From NCBI RefSeq assembly GCF_964355755.1, contig NC_092670.1, positions 31,980,388 through 32,044,387 on the forward strand: a stretch of DNA of 64,000 bases, in the 5' to 3' direction. The notes under the pieces are model-generated. The model was not told the DNA's origin and did not search any database. It was given only the letters and a program-made list of their open reading frames with translations. Positions 23,844-37,673 of this stretch are shown piece after piece. The position numbers were made by a program, and so were the translations under genes. Source of the stretch: Antedon mediterranea (taxonomy: Eukaryota > Animalia > Echinodermata). Within the stretch, counting starts at the first letter, position 1, and each line of letters opens with the position of its first letter.

Positions 23844-26800
23844 TTATGCATCATCTGCTTTATGACAGTAAAGTTCTTTTAATGATTTCAATTCCTCTAT
23901 CAATGTTTTATTTTGGTTTTCAAGAACAGCAACACGACTTTCCAGACATTTAATATACTCTTTCTTTTTCCGCCTACACTCCCTTGCTGCCTCTCTGCAA
24001 GATAGAAATACAAAGAGTTACATTTTACAACAAAATAATTAAGGAAAACAAACATACACAATTTTTTAATGAAATCTCCTTTAATATTGTTGAAATGTGA
24101 AGGTTTTCCAACAATAATGTGTCAGTGTGTTTCTAACAAGTCACCACATATACAATAGTGTTCCTGTATAGGGATACAGAAAAGTGTTCTCTGAATCCAA
24201 CAATTTATGTAACATTACAGCTGTGCAGATTATAGGAAAGGCAACTCAAGAAACTAACAACAACGTATCAACCTGAAACTGTAATGACCTAATGCTAACA
24301 CCACAAAGCAGATAAGCTGAGTAGCTAGGTAGGTACAGTCGAACCCCTATTAAGGGGACACCTTCATGACCCAACAAAGTGTCCCTTTAATAGGGGTAAC
24401 CAGTGAATAGATGTTGGCCATTATATTATAAAATATATTGCCCTTGTTCATTTTATGGAGAAAAGTCCCCTTAATAGTGGTGTCCCCTGAATAAAGATGC
24501 CTCAAAGGAGGGAGTCTACTGTATAAATCATAATTGTGAAGCTAGCTCTACAATTTAAACACATTGAGGGACCATGCCAAATTTATTCTACTGTACGTTA
24601 CTGCAGTAACAATACATGCACGTTACTGCATAGATTACCAAACTAAGCAAATTACTGCAGTCTCTGCAGTAGAATAATTTTGATGAGGTCCTGGCACTTT
24701 CTGTACCTGTTATTGAGAAGCCTTTGTTGTCTCTTCCTAGAAGCAGCCTCAATAATATGCTGGGGGGTTGGTAGGGACCCCTGGCCAGCCACACATGTTA
24801 CTACTCCCGCAGGCAGGCTAGAAGCAGTGGCTGGCCGTATTTGGTAAGCTTGCACATCCCCTAGAAACGAACACAGAAAAGAGTTTCAATTATTCAAAGC
24901 GAAAATGATCTTAGTTTCATGTACCTGTTTTTGAAAAGCCTCAGCTCTCGTTTCCTGCCGGCCTCCTCCACCAGAGTCTGCTGAGAGTTATTTAGGCCGC
25001 CTTGGGTTGCCATTACAACACTTTGGGGTAAGCTGGTTGCAGGTCTGATCTGGTAGGTTTGGACGTCTCCTAATTGAATAGGGGTGAAATTGATATCTGT
25101 TAAATCTGGAACAGACTAATGACATCTCTACAATGAAAGTAGATCAATGATCTTTGATGAAAGAGTATTAATTAAAAGGTCTGTCTACACTATCAAACTT
25201 TATGTGACATTAAAAATGTGATGTACTCATATACATGGACATGATGATGTCATATCACTTCCATATTTGAGCATATCACACTTTATTTGTCAAAATAGTT
25301 TGATAGTGTAGACAGAGCTTAAGATGAGCACCTCTTCTTCAATACCCTAGATTATTAAGTAAGCAAATTTGCCCAACAAAATAAAAGAACCATCATTAAT
25401 ATTAAAACATTTTACACTTAACTACACTTGAACTAAACTTTTTATCATAACTATGTTTTTATATGAATCGAAATAGAGGATATTTACTATTAAACCGGTT
25501 AAACTTTTAAGGTCATATTTACCATAATAGTAGATCAATCGTACTAGTACTACTCAAGGCAACACAAGCAATGCATAATTTAAGGATCAAAATTAATTTA
25601 GTATAAAAATGTGGAAACAGTGTGTGCTTGCGTATTTTAATGATTTAATATTGTATTTAAAAATACAATATTATTTCCGCTGTTACCTAACTACAACTAT
25701 CAAAAGCTAAGCTGTTAATTTAACTGTAATGCAACCATAAATACTTAGGCCTAGTTCAGAATTTTGAGGCTTAGCACATGACCCTAGATTATTCAAGATG
25801 AACAGGTGACACAGGTCTGATGAAGGAATATCACATCTACCTACTATACAACATTCAAGTGTAATAAAGGTTAGGACATCTGCATATCAAGCAGAAGGCC
25901 CGTTTCAATCTAGGTTGGGGAGACATTTTCTCATCTTCATCGTATCATTTATCGTATCAAATTTATTAATTTTCAGTATATATTACCGGATGGTTTAGAA
26001 TGTCTTCTAATGCATGTAAATGTTTATATATAAAGTGTATTTTCGGAAATCGCGCTTTGTGAATTAATATACTGAAAGAAGAAGGCGTATTAATTTGATC
26101 TCTGGTAAGCGTGCGTACAATTGAGGGACTAGTGCTGTTTCACTGTACCACACACTGGGGTATTAAAAAGTCACCTAATTTTAACATTGTCATGAAATCC
26201 CCCAGTGGTATATAGTAATAGTTAGGACATCTGCATATCACACAGAAGGTTTCTACCTCAAATCTTGGTTGGGCAACTTTTTCTCATTCTCACAGATTTC
26301 CTCATCATAATTTCAAATGAATTAATACTCATTACTTACTAGGCAGTTTTTTTCCCTAATGTCTGTAAATGTTTATAATGCATTATATAATTGTTGATTA
26401 AAGCTCTGTCTACACTATCAAAATATAGTTTGACAAAAAAAATGTGATGTGCCCGAATATGGTAGTGATATGCTTAAATATGGTAGTGTTATGGCATCAT
26501 CATGTCCATATATGGGCACATCACATTTTTTTGTCACATAAAGTTTAGTGTAGACAGAGCTTTAGTTTATTATGTTATTGATATTTGACTGACATTCAAA
26601 TCCAGATCAATGACCTCATTTTGAGTTATAGTGAAGCACAGTAACACAGATTTCCCACAGACTGTCAATAGCAACACTGACAAATAGAATGTGATAATTA
26701 ATTGTGTCTGTAGAAATAGGCCAAACGTAATCATTCCTTAAAGCTCAGGTACAGGCATGAATTTTAAATATAATATTTGGTTAATTGTACATAAATCAAA

Positions 26801-29800
26801 TATGTGTAACAGAAATCATGACGAAAAAACATGAATTTCCCTTAATATGGTCAAATACAAAATTTGGCAAAATTCTTCCATAAAAACCAAGAAGACCTTT
26901 TTTCAGTAGTTAGGTAGTTAACCTAATGTAATAACATGTCTGGTGACTCCCTAGAAGGTGAAAAAAGATGGTGGATATACGGTGGATAATTTTTGCTATA
27001 GCATGAAAATAAAAATCTGAAGTTGAATAAAAATACCAGAAATGTAATATTCAAATTATATTACCTATATTTAGTCATCTGATAACATTTTTTACCACAC
27101 TGTTTATTTTTCATAGCCTTTTAAAATGTCTCTCTATTTACAAAATTTGTGTACAAAGAATAGAGATTTTACTGTGTAATTTGAACTATCCCCCCACTGA
27201 TAAGAAAGTGCTGATTTTCAACAAGCTTGTGTAACACAAATAAAATCCCAAAAATTATGAAACATAGGGAAAACTATAGATCGATAATTATTGGAATGTA
27301 TGATCAATAGAAATTTTTTGCCCGCACCTGGATAATAGGCAATTTAACTGCAAAGTAGACAAACAAAATACCTGTAGCTGTAGGTACAAAAAACTGTTGT
27401 CCATCTTGAGTTTGTATGGACTGTACTATTGTTCCAGCGGGGGTGCCATTTGCATTTGTCATAGTTAATGTCTGTAAGCCCTGCATGTTGTCCGGATGGT
27501 TGGCTATCTGTATAGTCGTGACACCAGACCCTACAAAAGAGAACATGTCAAAAATATTTATTTAAATTTTCCATACAGAGCGTCATTGTAACCAATTTAT
27601 ACATTTTAAAAATTTAAGGTACAGAAATAAAATTATGGAACAGAAAGTTCTACTGATATTTTCACTAATTCAAAAAATGTTTGAGTTTATTAATCGGCAA
27701 ATAAACGGCACAAAACAAGAATATCAATACAGAAAGAAATTAGAAGTGTTCATTCTGGAACTATGGGTAACCATTTATTCTCTCTTTGATATTTTTGAAG
27801 AAAGACCAATAAAATTGTCATAATTAATATTTACTATTCCTAGTCATTTGATTGGACGTTTTTAAATATTATTTTCATTAAAGGTAGCATAATGTTTATT
27901 CTATAGTTCTAAAATGAAAACTTTTCCAATTTATGTTGTTTTATGCAAGAAAAAAATATGTTTATTTATCGTTTTCACACAAAAAAATGTGATGTGCCTA
28001 TATATGGACCGATGATGTCATACTATTACCATATTTGGGTATATCACATTTTTTTGTCAAACTAGTTTGATAGTGTAGACAGAGCTTAATTGGGCTTATA
28101 AGTGGCATTTCATTTACCAGCTGTGAAGTTTTGTAGTGAAGCTGCTGTTAGTGTGGTTCCCTCCGTGTCTTCAGGTTCCTCTTCTATCTTTGCAACACCT
28201 GGTGCGTCTGATGACAAATCGTTCAGAATTTTCCTGCAAACACATTTCATAATAAGTAATAAATAATTATATTTCGTGAAAGCTAAAAGGTTGTTTTTTC
28301 AGTTCATACAATTATTTGTACCATCACATGTGATAAACATGCATTATTATACATACCTTAAAGTTAGTTACTTTTGCTAGCAACACATAATTACCATAAA
28401 CCCATGAGTGTAACCTGCACACAGACTGTATCCAACAAGTAGAGTGTAGTCAAGTGGTAGAAATCATGTACTAAATTGTCTTTATTTATGGAATAACAAT
28501 AGGGAGAGGTTCCATGATTCAAACAAAGGATTGGGCTTTTGTACGGGTGTGGGGCTAGCTGTGTAGACAAGAGGTGGGTGTATTCACAAAACTGATTTCT
28601 AGGTGCCCACCCTTCAAGGGTATGTTGGTACCAGTGAAGGAAATAATTTTGTTTTAAAACTGTTTTCAATAACTTTAAATCAATTCATTACTTTAGCTTA
28701 AAAATATTCTACCTGTATGAGGGTCTACGAGACAAAATCTCTTGTCGTTTTCGCCTTTCTACCTCTGATTGTATTGCGGGTAGACCACTTTCTTCATCAA
28801 CTTGTGTAACCTATTAAGAATTAAGAAAAATATTATAATTTAAACATGTTTAATTCTGTATTATTATGAATAGCTAATGAATAGGACCGGTGATAGATAT
28901 GCTTGTATTCAAATGATTAAGCAATCAAATGACCTGAATCCAACCAAATACTGTTATTTTAATTTTTGCATCTGATCGAAACTGGACTAGACAGTATACT
29001 TCCAATGCAAAATATTTTAGATTTTATTTTCAATTGCTCTACATAACATTTTGGTTGCCCAATTGTATAAAATTGTGTCTACTGTAGCTAGGAATTATGG
29101 TAACATTTTGAGTTGCAGTAAAAAAATGTATCAATATTAATGAAATTCTAGAAATAAAACCAGAAGAATCAATTAACTTAACTCATTGAAAACAATACAA
29201 TAAAGTAGTTACGTCAATTGGATTACAAGATAATGCTTCCTTATAAAAATTAAGTTCATTAACAAGCTACTAATTAATTAACTTTGATTTGGCATTAAGT
29301 TTAAATAGTACTTAAATATTTGTAATGACAATGAATGTTGAGAGTTGTGGCAAAACTAGGCCTATAAAAATAACTTGTTCAGGAAATGACTGGATGCAAT
29401 AGGTTGTGACTCATATGGTACACTAACTCTAGAGTTGAACATTGTCACTTTTCAGTTTTAATCATCCTAAGGTTTATACGTAAATTTATAGATTTAGATT
29501 TTGCAAAATTTTTTATAATAAAATGCTATAAAAAGATAATTAAATAACTGGACTTGTTTAAGCATAATGTGAACATTACCATAAAGTTATTTTCAATACT
29601 ACAAGTGACACCCTATTATCCCAAGTTTATACTGCGCATAAATATTTAGATTTTGCAAAACATTCAACATGTGAGTGATTAAGAAGCAAATAAAACACAA
29701 ACAAACTATTTATTATTTCATTATCTTTGTGATAATAGAGGCCTGACGCCACATGACTCGGACATGGCGTCTAGTATCGCGTCAAGTCGGTGAGGCTGCA

Positions 29801-32800
29801 GTAGACATGTTTTTATTTGTATTTTAATCACAAATTTTGAATAAATAAAAAATAAAAACAATAATTGATATTCATTTGATGTATTTGACGATAAGCAATT
29901 TCCGTGGTTTTAAAATTTGCTAAAGAATTTACAATATTGCGAAAAAAAATCGGCGACCTTTCCCAAATTTTGACCTTAGTGTGAGGTTAGACAACATATA
30001 TGGGCTAACCCGAATAGTAGCCCAGGGATGTTATGAGGAGTTGACTGTACCAGTACAATTACGTTCATGCTAAACAAAGGTTGCACAATGACTGTACTGT
30101 TGTAGATATTGTTTAGTTCAGAAATGTGTGTTGAACTGTACAGTGTTCAAACAATAGTTCATAAATTCAACAGATAATACTTCTGTGTAATACAGAGTTT
30201 CCTTCCTGAAAAAATGTAATATTTAAACTATTTTCACACCAAAAAAAAAAAAAAAAAAAAATAAAAAATATTGATTGACAATTTTGAAGTATTTTGACAC
30301 AGGCCAGGAAAAAACCCATAAGTAATGTAAGAGGTTAATAACTTAGTTGATTGAGTGCTAGTATACTACTGTAACTGTAGGATATTATATTTTCAAAATA
30401 TTGCAAATATAAATTTAAATAAAATTATAAAATATGAATCTAAAATATTAGTAAATTAAATTAGGTTTTTCCAAATCATGCCGAGAAAAAAAAATGTTAG
30501 ACAATTTTACAGAAATAGTTTTTTCCACACATCAACAAGCAAGAAAAAACCCATAATAAGTGATATCCAGGTGTTTAGTAAGTCTACAACATGGATACTT
30601 TAAATATATTATATTTACCACAAGATTATTTTATCAAGATTTAATAAAATAATATTGAAATATTGAATCTAAAATTTAGTACAATTAAATGAAGCAACTT
30701 TACTATGCCCATGTAACACTACATGTAACTGTATGATCGCCAGAGAAGAAGCCAGTTGAAATAGCTAATTATATTGTGCATGCTACAATATAAGGTATAG
30801 ATATTTTCTATGCGGATGGGTGATCTGCAATATAGTATAAATGCTTTGATGTTACTATGGATCTCATTATTATATAAATTGTTTATAGTTCATTGATGTC
30901 ACCTTTTATTATAGGTATATCATTATTCTGTAATTGCCTTTTTATGCTGAATTTTTTGTTGAAATACAAAATAAATAGAAAGATTTGTTTTCTTCAAACA
31001 TTTGTTTTATTCCAGTGGGTGCATTCCCCATTCATAGACAAAGGAATACACATTACAATTTACAAATTCATATAATAAACTAAAATGTACCACTTAGGTG
31101 AAAGTAATAAATTATTGCATTTAGTAAATTAAAAAAATAAAAATAATATTGATAGTTAATTTATACAATAATCATATATTCCTACAATTTTTGATTCCAT
31201 AAATAATTCATATTTTTAGATAGATTCGGTGAAACCAGAACAAACACGTAATTGATTTTTGTGAAGCTGTAATTAGAGAATCTGTAAAATTTATTGAAGT
31301 TTTAAAAGATCATAGTGTCTAGACATTAAATAACAGTACACATACTGGATTTAATAATAGTTTAATTTGTTTTCATATGAATGTGTTTTTTTTTATTATT
31401 AATATAATAAAGAATTATACAAGAAGTGAAGGCAGTGGCAGAACACCATGGGAAAGAAGGTGGAAGAGAAGAGAATGTCATGAGAAAGAAGAAGAGAATG
31501 AGAATCAGAAGAGAGAATGCCGTAGGAGAGAAGGTGGAATAGAATTATAGTAATGTCATGAGCAAGAAATGAATGATGGAAGAAGAAAACATAATGTCAT
31601 TGGAAAGAAGGCTAGTTTCACTTTTAGAGAAGAGGATGTGTGGTGGGAGAGAAGAGGAGGTGTGGCAGAGAAAAGTTTTGTAATAGGTGCGAAATAAATG
31701 GTAGAAGAGAATGTAACGTGAGAGAAGTAATGGATAGTGTCAACAGATGTCAGAAGTGAAGGCTGTGGGAGCGAGAAAATATAATTTGAGATAAGAGAAA
31801 GCTATGGCAGAAAATGCCATGGGAGGTGTAAGTGAAGGTTATTGCAAGAGAAGAAATATGACGGCAGAGACGAGGCTACTGTAGAAAGCAAAGCAAAGCT
31901 TCTTAACACTTTCACTGCCAAAGACGGAAATCTCCGTCTTTCGATGCCCAGCGCCAGTTTTCGTCTTTGGCTTTTTATTGCACAATTTGTTAGATCAGGT
32001 ATATATGGACCGCATGTAGAAATTTCAACATCCAAATCGATCTGGACCGCAAATATTTTGATACTTTATTAACCCCTAGTGCCATTGACCCAGCTGGCCT
32101 ACATCACGTCCAATCCGTAAACAACATAATGTGCTTACTGCGGACGAAGCAATTGCAGAAATATTTGCCGACTCTGACTCTGAAAATGAGTATTTATTAT
32201 CCCCAGATGATGAAGGTATATTTGTACCTAAATCTGGTTTATAAAATGTAATAAATAATTGGAGATAATTTAGCTAGTCTGGCCTAGGCTAGTTTGTAGA
32301 ATAGGTTGAGAATCGTGACACTGACAGACGGTGCAGCCAGGTTAAAAACCTCATTATCTCTGCTTTGTTCTCCGATTGAGCCTAAAGTGCTAAAAGTGAG
32401 CCAAGTTCTTTGTACAATTATGTGGTATTACAGTTTTATTTCAATAAAGTGTTTGGTACCATTGGAAAGTTTATTTCTATCTCATTGAGTGTATATTGCA
32501 TGTTATTCTGATTACAAACACCTTTGCTATGAGCTTTGAAAAACAGGTATCTAAAATGGCTGGCGGTGAGGGGTACTTCCTTTATTGAATGCCTGGCGGT
32601 GAAAGTGTTAAGAGAGAAGTGAAGGCTAGTATGATTGTGTGAGGTAATTCACAAATTGGAAAATGTGCTTGACATGTTAAGTTTGTTTAGATGGTCTGTA
32701 TGGTAGGTGAAAAGTACATTATAGAAATTCCTAGAGTATTGAATCTAAAAAATCAAACTACTAATAATCTACTAATGCTATAATATTCAATAAATGTTAA

Positions 32801-33676
32801 TGCCGCAGTCAAATAATGTCAACACAGTTCTTTAGTTACCTGTACTTGAACTGTTGGAAGTGGAGTTGCTTGGATTACAGAGGGCTGGTTACCCTGCTGT
32901 TGCTGTTGTACAGATTGAACCTGAACGGGAGCATTATGCATAGCCGACATTACCACGGACACTGGTACAGGTTGGCTCACGGTCGTTATACCCTAATTAT
33001 ATAAGAGATCAATTGAAATTAATCATTGAATATAATGACATAAATGATAACTGTAGCAAATCATAGTTTGAGAATGTTCTTAACTTTACTATCCTTGTTT
33101 AAAATAAATAAGGGGTTCTCTATGATACAGAATAAATCATAATATATTATTCATAATCTCCCACACAAGAGCTACTGTATAGTACTAAAACATATTGCAG
33201 AAGTTATCAACATGTTTGAATATACAGACTAAATAAAAATGACAATGTTCTACTGTAATTTATTCTACTAGTCTACAGTACTGCTTAAAATATTAACAAT
33301 TCTAAAACTTAAAACCGAGACCTTGTTTATTAAAATAATATCGAGACAATTATTTCTGAATCCAAAAGGAAAGAGTTATAACAACAAATAAATTTTGGGA
33401 TTTTAAATTATATTTAGGGGAAAAACCCTTTTCAGAATAAATCAAATATGTTAGAAAATAATTATCAAGATATAATTTTCCTCTAGTCTCAATGAATTGA
33501 TGTTTGTGCATTACACACTTATACTTTGGGTATCAATTTCATAACTCGCTGGTTTTTAAAACAGATTTGAGAAATTATAAATGGATATGAATGGTTTGTT
33601 TACAAACCTGTAATGTAGCAGTGGCATCCGTTTCTTGGGACCTTGGAACCGTTTCTGCTTCGGATTTTGCTTCCAT
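23844..33676 (-). CDS. CREB1: cAMP-response element-binding protein, CREB/CREM/ATF1 family (about 296 aa; 299 aa with the alternative exon)
   Basis: Coding exons 33676-33608 (MEAKSEAE..), 32992-32840 (Q1-like), 28810-28713 (KID, EILSRRPSYR PKA site), 28233-28118 (KILNDLSSDAPG), 27530-27372 (Q2, GLQTLTMTNA..QTQDGQQFFVP), 25069-24925 or 24860-24707 (basic-region N-half), 23994-23844 (EAARECRRKKKEYIKCLESRVAVLENQNKTLIEELKSLKELYCHKADDA*). All junctions are GT-AG and in phase. Confidence 0.95.
24707..24860 (-). CDS. CREB1: CREB alternative exon H-b (divergent duplicate)
   Basis: 154 nt, phase 1 to 2, intact tttctag acceptor and ag|gtac donor: GDVQAYQIRPATASSLPAGVVTCVAGQGSLPTPQHIIEAASRKRQQRLLNNR. 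Confidence 0.8.
24925..25069 (-). CDS. CREB1: CREB alternative exon H-a (canonical-type basic region)
   Basis: 145 nt, phase 1 to 2: GDVQTYQIRPATSLPQSVVMATQGGLNNSQQTLVEEAGRKRELRLFKNR. Confidence 0.9.
26401..26562. mobile_element. ~160-bp MITE family (TIR aagctctgtctacactatcaaa); other copies at ~23647-23803, 25176-25320, 27975-28087, 39780-39830, 41802-41938, 46264-46405, 49547-49672, 49967-50127, 56513-56643 and 60073-60181
   Basis: Terminal inverted repeats aagctctgtctacac / gtgtagacagagctt, internal palindromic aaaatgtgatgtgccc..gggcacatcacatttt, and TA-rich flanks; about 11 full or partial copies. Confidence 0.9.
31420..31900. repeat. Purine-rich low-complexity/degenerate repeat (gagaaga...aatgtcatg)
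   Basis: Strong GA skew with recurring gaatgtcatgag and agtgaaggc motifs; resumes briefly after the piggyBac MITE at 32612. Confidence 0.6.
31907..32607 (+). mobile_element. Non-autonomous piggyBac-like element
   Basis: TTAA at 31903-31906 and 32608-32611; TIRs cactttcactgcca / tggcggtgaaagtg; internal acidic peptide LTADEAIAEIFADSDSENEY resembles a piggyBac transposase N-terminus. Confidence 0.8.
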
Positions 33677-35511
33677 ATTTACAATTAAGATTTTGAGAAT
33701 AAGCTACAGTGCGTGCCTGTTTAAAAAATACCAAGCAGAAAAAAAAAACTTAATTTTCCAATTTTTTAATTATGTTAGGTTGGATTTGATCTGTTTTTAA
33801 AATGGATTTGTATTTTGTTATGTTTAATGAGGGTGGCCTATTCAGATATACTGGGAAAGCACTTTTACTTTACAGGTGGACTTTCGTCTACCCCAAGGGT
33901 CCCTTTGTGTTAAGCTGTCACTGGCATCAAAGGCACTTCATCTGTATAGAGACAGTGGCTGAGATGGATAATAAAAAAAACGGGTAACTCGCTACCTGAC
34001 GAAAGATGGACTGGGTTTTTAAAATAATCGCACACGAGCCAGATGTATGAAATCCGAGTAGACCTATAGAAGTACTGTACTATTCGACTTATGGTTGAGG
34101 AGATCCCTGAATCTGTGCTGATTTTTATAATGATTTGCATTGATTTTTAAATTTTCTACCCCACAGAATGATGTAATTTATGCTAAGATAACAGTGAGAA
34201 TAGTTATGTTAACCAAACACTGGGTATTTTCCCATAGTACTGTACAATCAAGCAAACTTAACTGAAATTTCTCAATTATGACCCCACCTTAAAAATAATC
34301 ATTTTTCAGCGTAAAGTAATACAAAATATCCCGGCCGAGTAGGTCAAATCGTACCTATCCTGAAAATCTCAAAAACTGATTTTTATGTAAATAGGATCAG
34401 TGATTAACGGCAAAATAAAACAAAAATTGAGATTTATGAAAAAGCGCTTAAGCGATTAAATGAGCATGGAGTGGGAGGCTAAGGTAGGGTAAAAAAGCAT
34501 GAGCTTGTATGATGATGTCGTACAGTATGTGACTTGACATTTATGGTTATAGCATGTACACTGTGTTAAGTCTGTCTTAAACGACAGCTACGCTTCATCG
34601 CTCAGGAAGCTATTTAATTCAAATTCTTTCCGAGAAGTCAAAATCAATGTACTGTATCCTTCTATGAATTTATTTCTGTGTTCTACAGTTGAATAAATAG
34701 TCATTGTTAAATGAAATATTGGTATGCATTTTTTCAATTTCAATTCTATCATTGCATTACCAAGCTACACGCAGTTAAAAACCAATTTTCCACTGGCTAC
34801 ACTAACTAACTGTAACTTTAGTATTGCAAAAAAAAATTGCTATCAAATTAATAAATTACTTCTTCAATTTCAATCATTTTTAAAAACTGTAAAATTACTT
34901 GTCCATGAACATTGCACCATTCGATTACATCTGGTACAGCATCTATCATCATAATGATAGCGCACACCCTCTATTAATTTATACAAGATCATTATTCATT
35001 GTCTAGAAATCCTTTTTAATACAGACATAAATTTAAATGATCAGAGTGTTATAACTGGCTCTATGTTCATTCACAAAACAGTCAACAAAACACATTAATG
35101 TTTTTTCAGATTTATTTTATCTCTGTGGGCCAGGTATAGAATAATGGGATGGTTGTAGAGTACATGGTACACTGGTTAAAACACTGTACTGACTTCTTCA
35201 TTCAATTGCAATGATAAATATTTCAGAAAGAATAAAAAAACTGCAATGTCACTTATGTTTGATTATATTAACACTATCTTTTTCCTATGTTTGTTTTGAA
35301 AATTGGATGCCAAAACCAGCCAATAAAATGTTGAAAAAGCACACAGCAAGCCACTGTGTACATACTGTACTGTAGACTTACTGATGATATGCCAGTTTTT
35401 AAAAAAATTTCTATTAATTTTAAATGAACAAATAAATATACTACGACTAGTAGAACACTCTATGAATTCATTCTCTTCCAGTGATGATGCTACAGTAGTG
35501 TACATAGGTCC

Positions 35512-35695
35512 TAAAGCATGGTTCCCACTAGCGACGCAACACAAGGACGTAACGCAATGCAAGTGAATTGACCAATCACAAGCGATGGCTTATTCGCTTG
35601 TGATTGCTAACTGTCTATAACTGCGCTTGTCATTGGTTAAAACGCTTGCGTTGCGTTTACGTCCTTGCGTTATGTTCTAGTGGGAACCAAGCTTA
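35512..35695. mobile_element. Palindromic MITE (Harbinger/Tourist-like)
   Basis: aagcatggttcccactag..caaggacgtaacgcaa pairs with ttgcgtttacgtccttgcg..ctagtgggaaccaagctt; TAA/TTA flanks. Confidence 0.75.
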
Positions 35696-37673
35696 ACAGT
35701 CAAATAAGACTCAAACATACTTTAGAGTATAACAAATCTATATTTTACTAAAATATGTACAATTATTGCTTTACTGATGATCTAATGTACAGTAGTGTTA
35801 GTTACACTAAATGTCAAATTCTTATATATTCAATACACAAAAACTGACAATTAATAACAAGCATATTCTGTTGTTTTATTTGGATTTGAGATCTAGTAAT
35901 CATCACTGTACCGAGGGTATTGGTTTTCTATAGTATATTTCAACTCACATGCCTATAGAGACCAATTAGAAACCAATTTACATATTACAACTTCAGTCCC
36001 CAAGGAATCAGTACATACTACTTTCTAACTCAGACAAAAGGTCAAAGGGCACTGCATGACGTTGGTAAAATGATTAGAAACGCTGCTGGTCAAACAATAA
36101 AGAAATGGCGCCAGTATGATCAGAAAACATACAACACATTTTAATAAATCTTGACAATTGTTAATTAATTATTACCGGATTTACATTAAAAAACAGAATT
36201 TTAATCTTGATAAAATATTTTCCATTTATATACATGCGACTCAAAATATATACATTTTTTGTTTAACAAGATAATTCTGAAATTAATCAATATACTATAG
36301 TATAATATTCTTTAAACAAATAATATTAGTATGGATGGCTGCATCATCATTTATGTTACTGATAATTGATATTTACAGAAAGAACACTACAAATGTGGCA
36401 TACTGTACTGGCAGTAAACAGTTACGCATTCTTTTCAAACAGAGGACCCGAGTTCAATTCATGATTTTTCTTGTGTTTAAGCGATGTAGTACTCTGGTAG
36501 GTAACATACAGAAAGATGTACAGTACAAACAAAACAATTAAAATACACTTAAATAATAATAATTACACACAACCTTTGTATAGACTGAAGACTTTTATTT
36601 TATCTTTCGACATGATTATCTTTCTCATTACTGTTTCGTTAAATGTTGATTCCGTTGTGCAATTTGCCTACTACTTTACTGTAACTCAGCAACATAAATT
36701 TGTCTTTTGGAAGTAAATGTACCCCAATCAATGCACCTGATCCCATGGAGCGTTGAGATGCCTCTATAATTTCTATAAAAACCCCTTGCACACAAAAAGT
36801 AAGGTAGTCGCAGTGTGAATGGCCATTAAAGGATTACGAGTAGTTGAGGTAGGCTTTTTGTCCGACTTTGGTAGTCTCAATTTAATAAAAACGTAGGCCT
36901 AGGCATAATAGTATTTTAATTATTCTCTTAAATTTATTACGCATGTTTATAAACATTGACAAATATTGCATGAAAATTGTTCAAATTGTGCATTTGTATA
37001 GTAAATTTATTTTATCACACCTCTCTGCGATTTCTCTGCGCCTCTCTTCTCACATTTCACATCTGCCTACCTAACATTCATTCTCACGACAAGTGACCGC
37101 AACACCCTGACAAAGGTTTTGATTGTTGTTAGGCCCTACCTAGGCCTATTTTATAGCAAAAAAGGATTATGTGGGGTTCTTCTCTCTCTTCTATTTCATA
37201 CAGTGCAAACAGGGCAGCAGAGTTGGTGGATTTTTTATTAATTTAAAAATAAAAGCGTATTAAAAATAAACATGCCTCGCATAGGCTGGATGCGTAAAAG
37301 TTACGCATCTTAGTATAGCCTAGGCTAGTCCGAACCTTGAAAAATAAGGACGGTTTTTGGTTAAGAAGCCCACAGACAGTCCATTCATTCAGCCCAGAGT
37401 GTGTGGTGTGCGAGCGGATAGACTATCTGGCTGTGTGAAGAAATCTGCAGTCGTGTGGTCTCCCTGTTTTTTAGGTCAAACTGGAAAAAGCGGAAGGGAC
37501 ACAAATGGCGAATACGCACACTAACTTAACATGAGTACAGGGGTGCAGTATTACTTATAAATAAACAAATCCTTCGGGAATTTACTACTCCAATGTGTAC
37601 CCATGTGTCATGCTGGGCTCAACGACAACAAGAATCACGAATTTATGTTTTGATGCGCTGATGAACAACTTAC

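Noticed and set aside
24652-24706. Read-through of CREB exon H-b (..NNRYRKCQDLIKIILLQRLQ*) as an alternative C-terminus
   Set aside because: A good donor exists at the homologous position and the extension lacks the conserved AAxxCR basic residues and a zipper; no evidence without transcripts.
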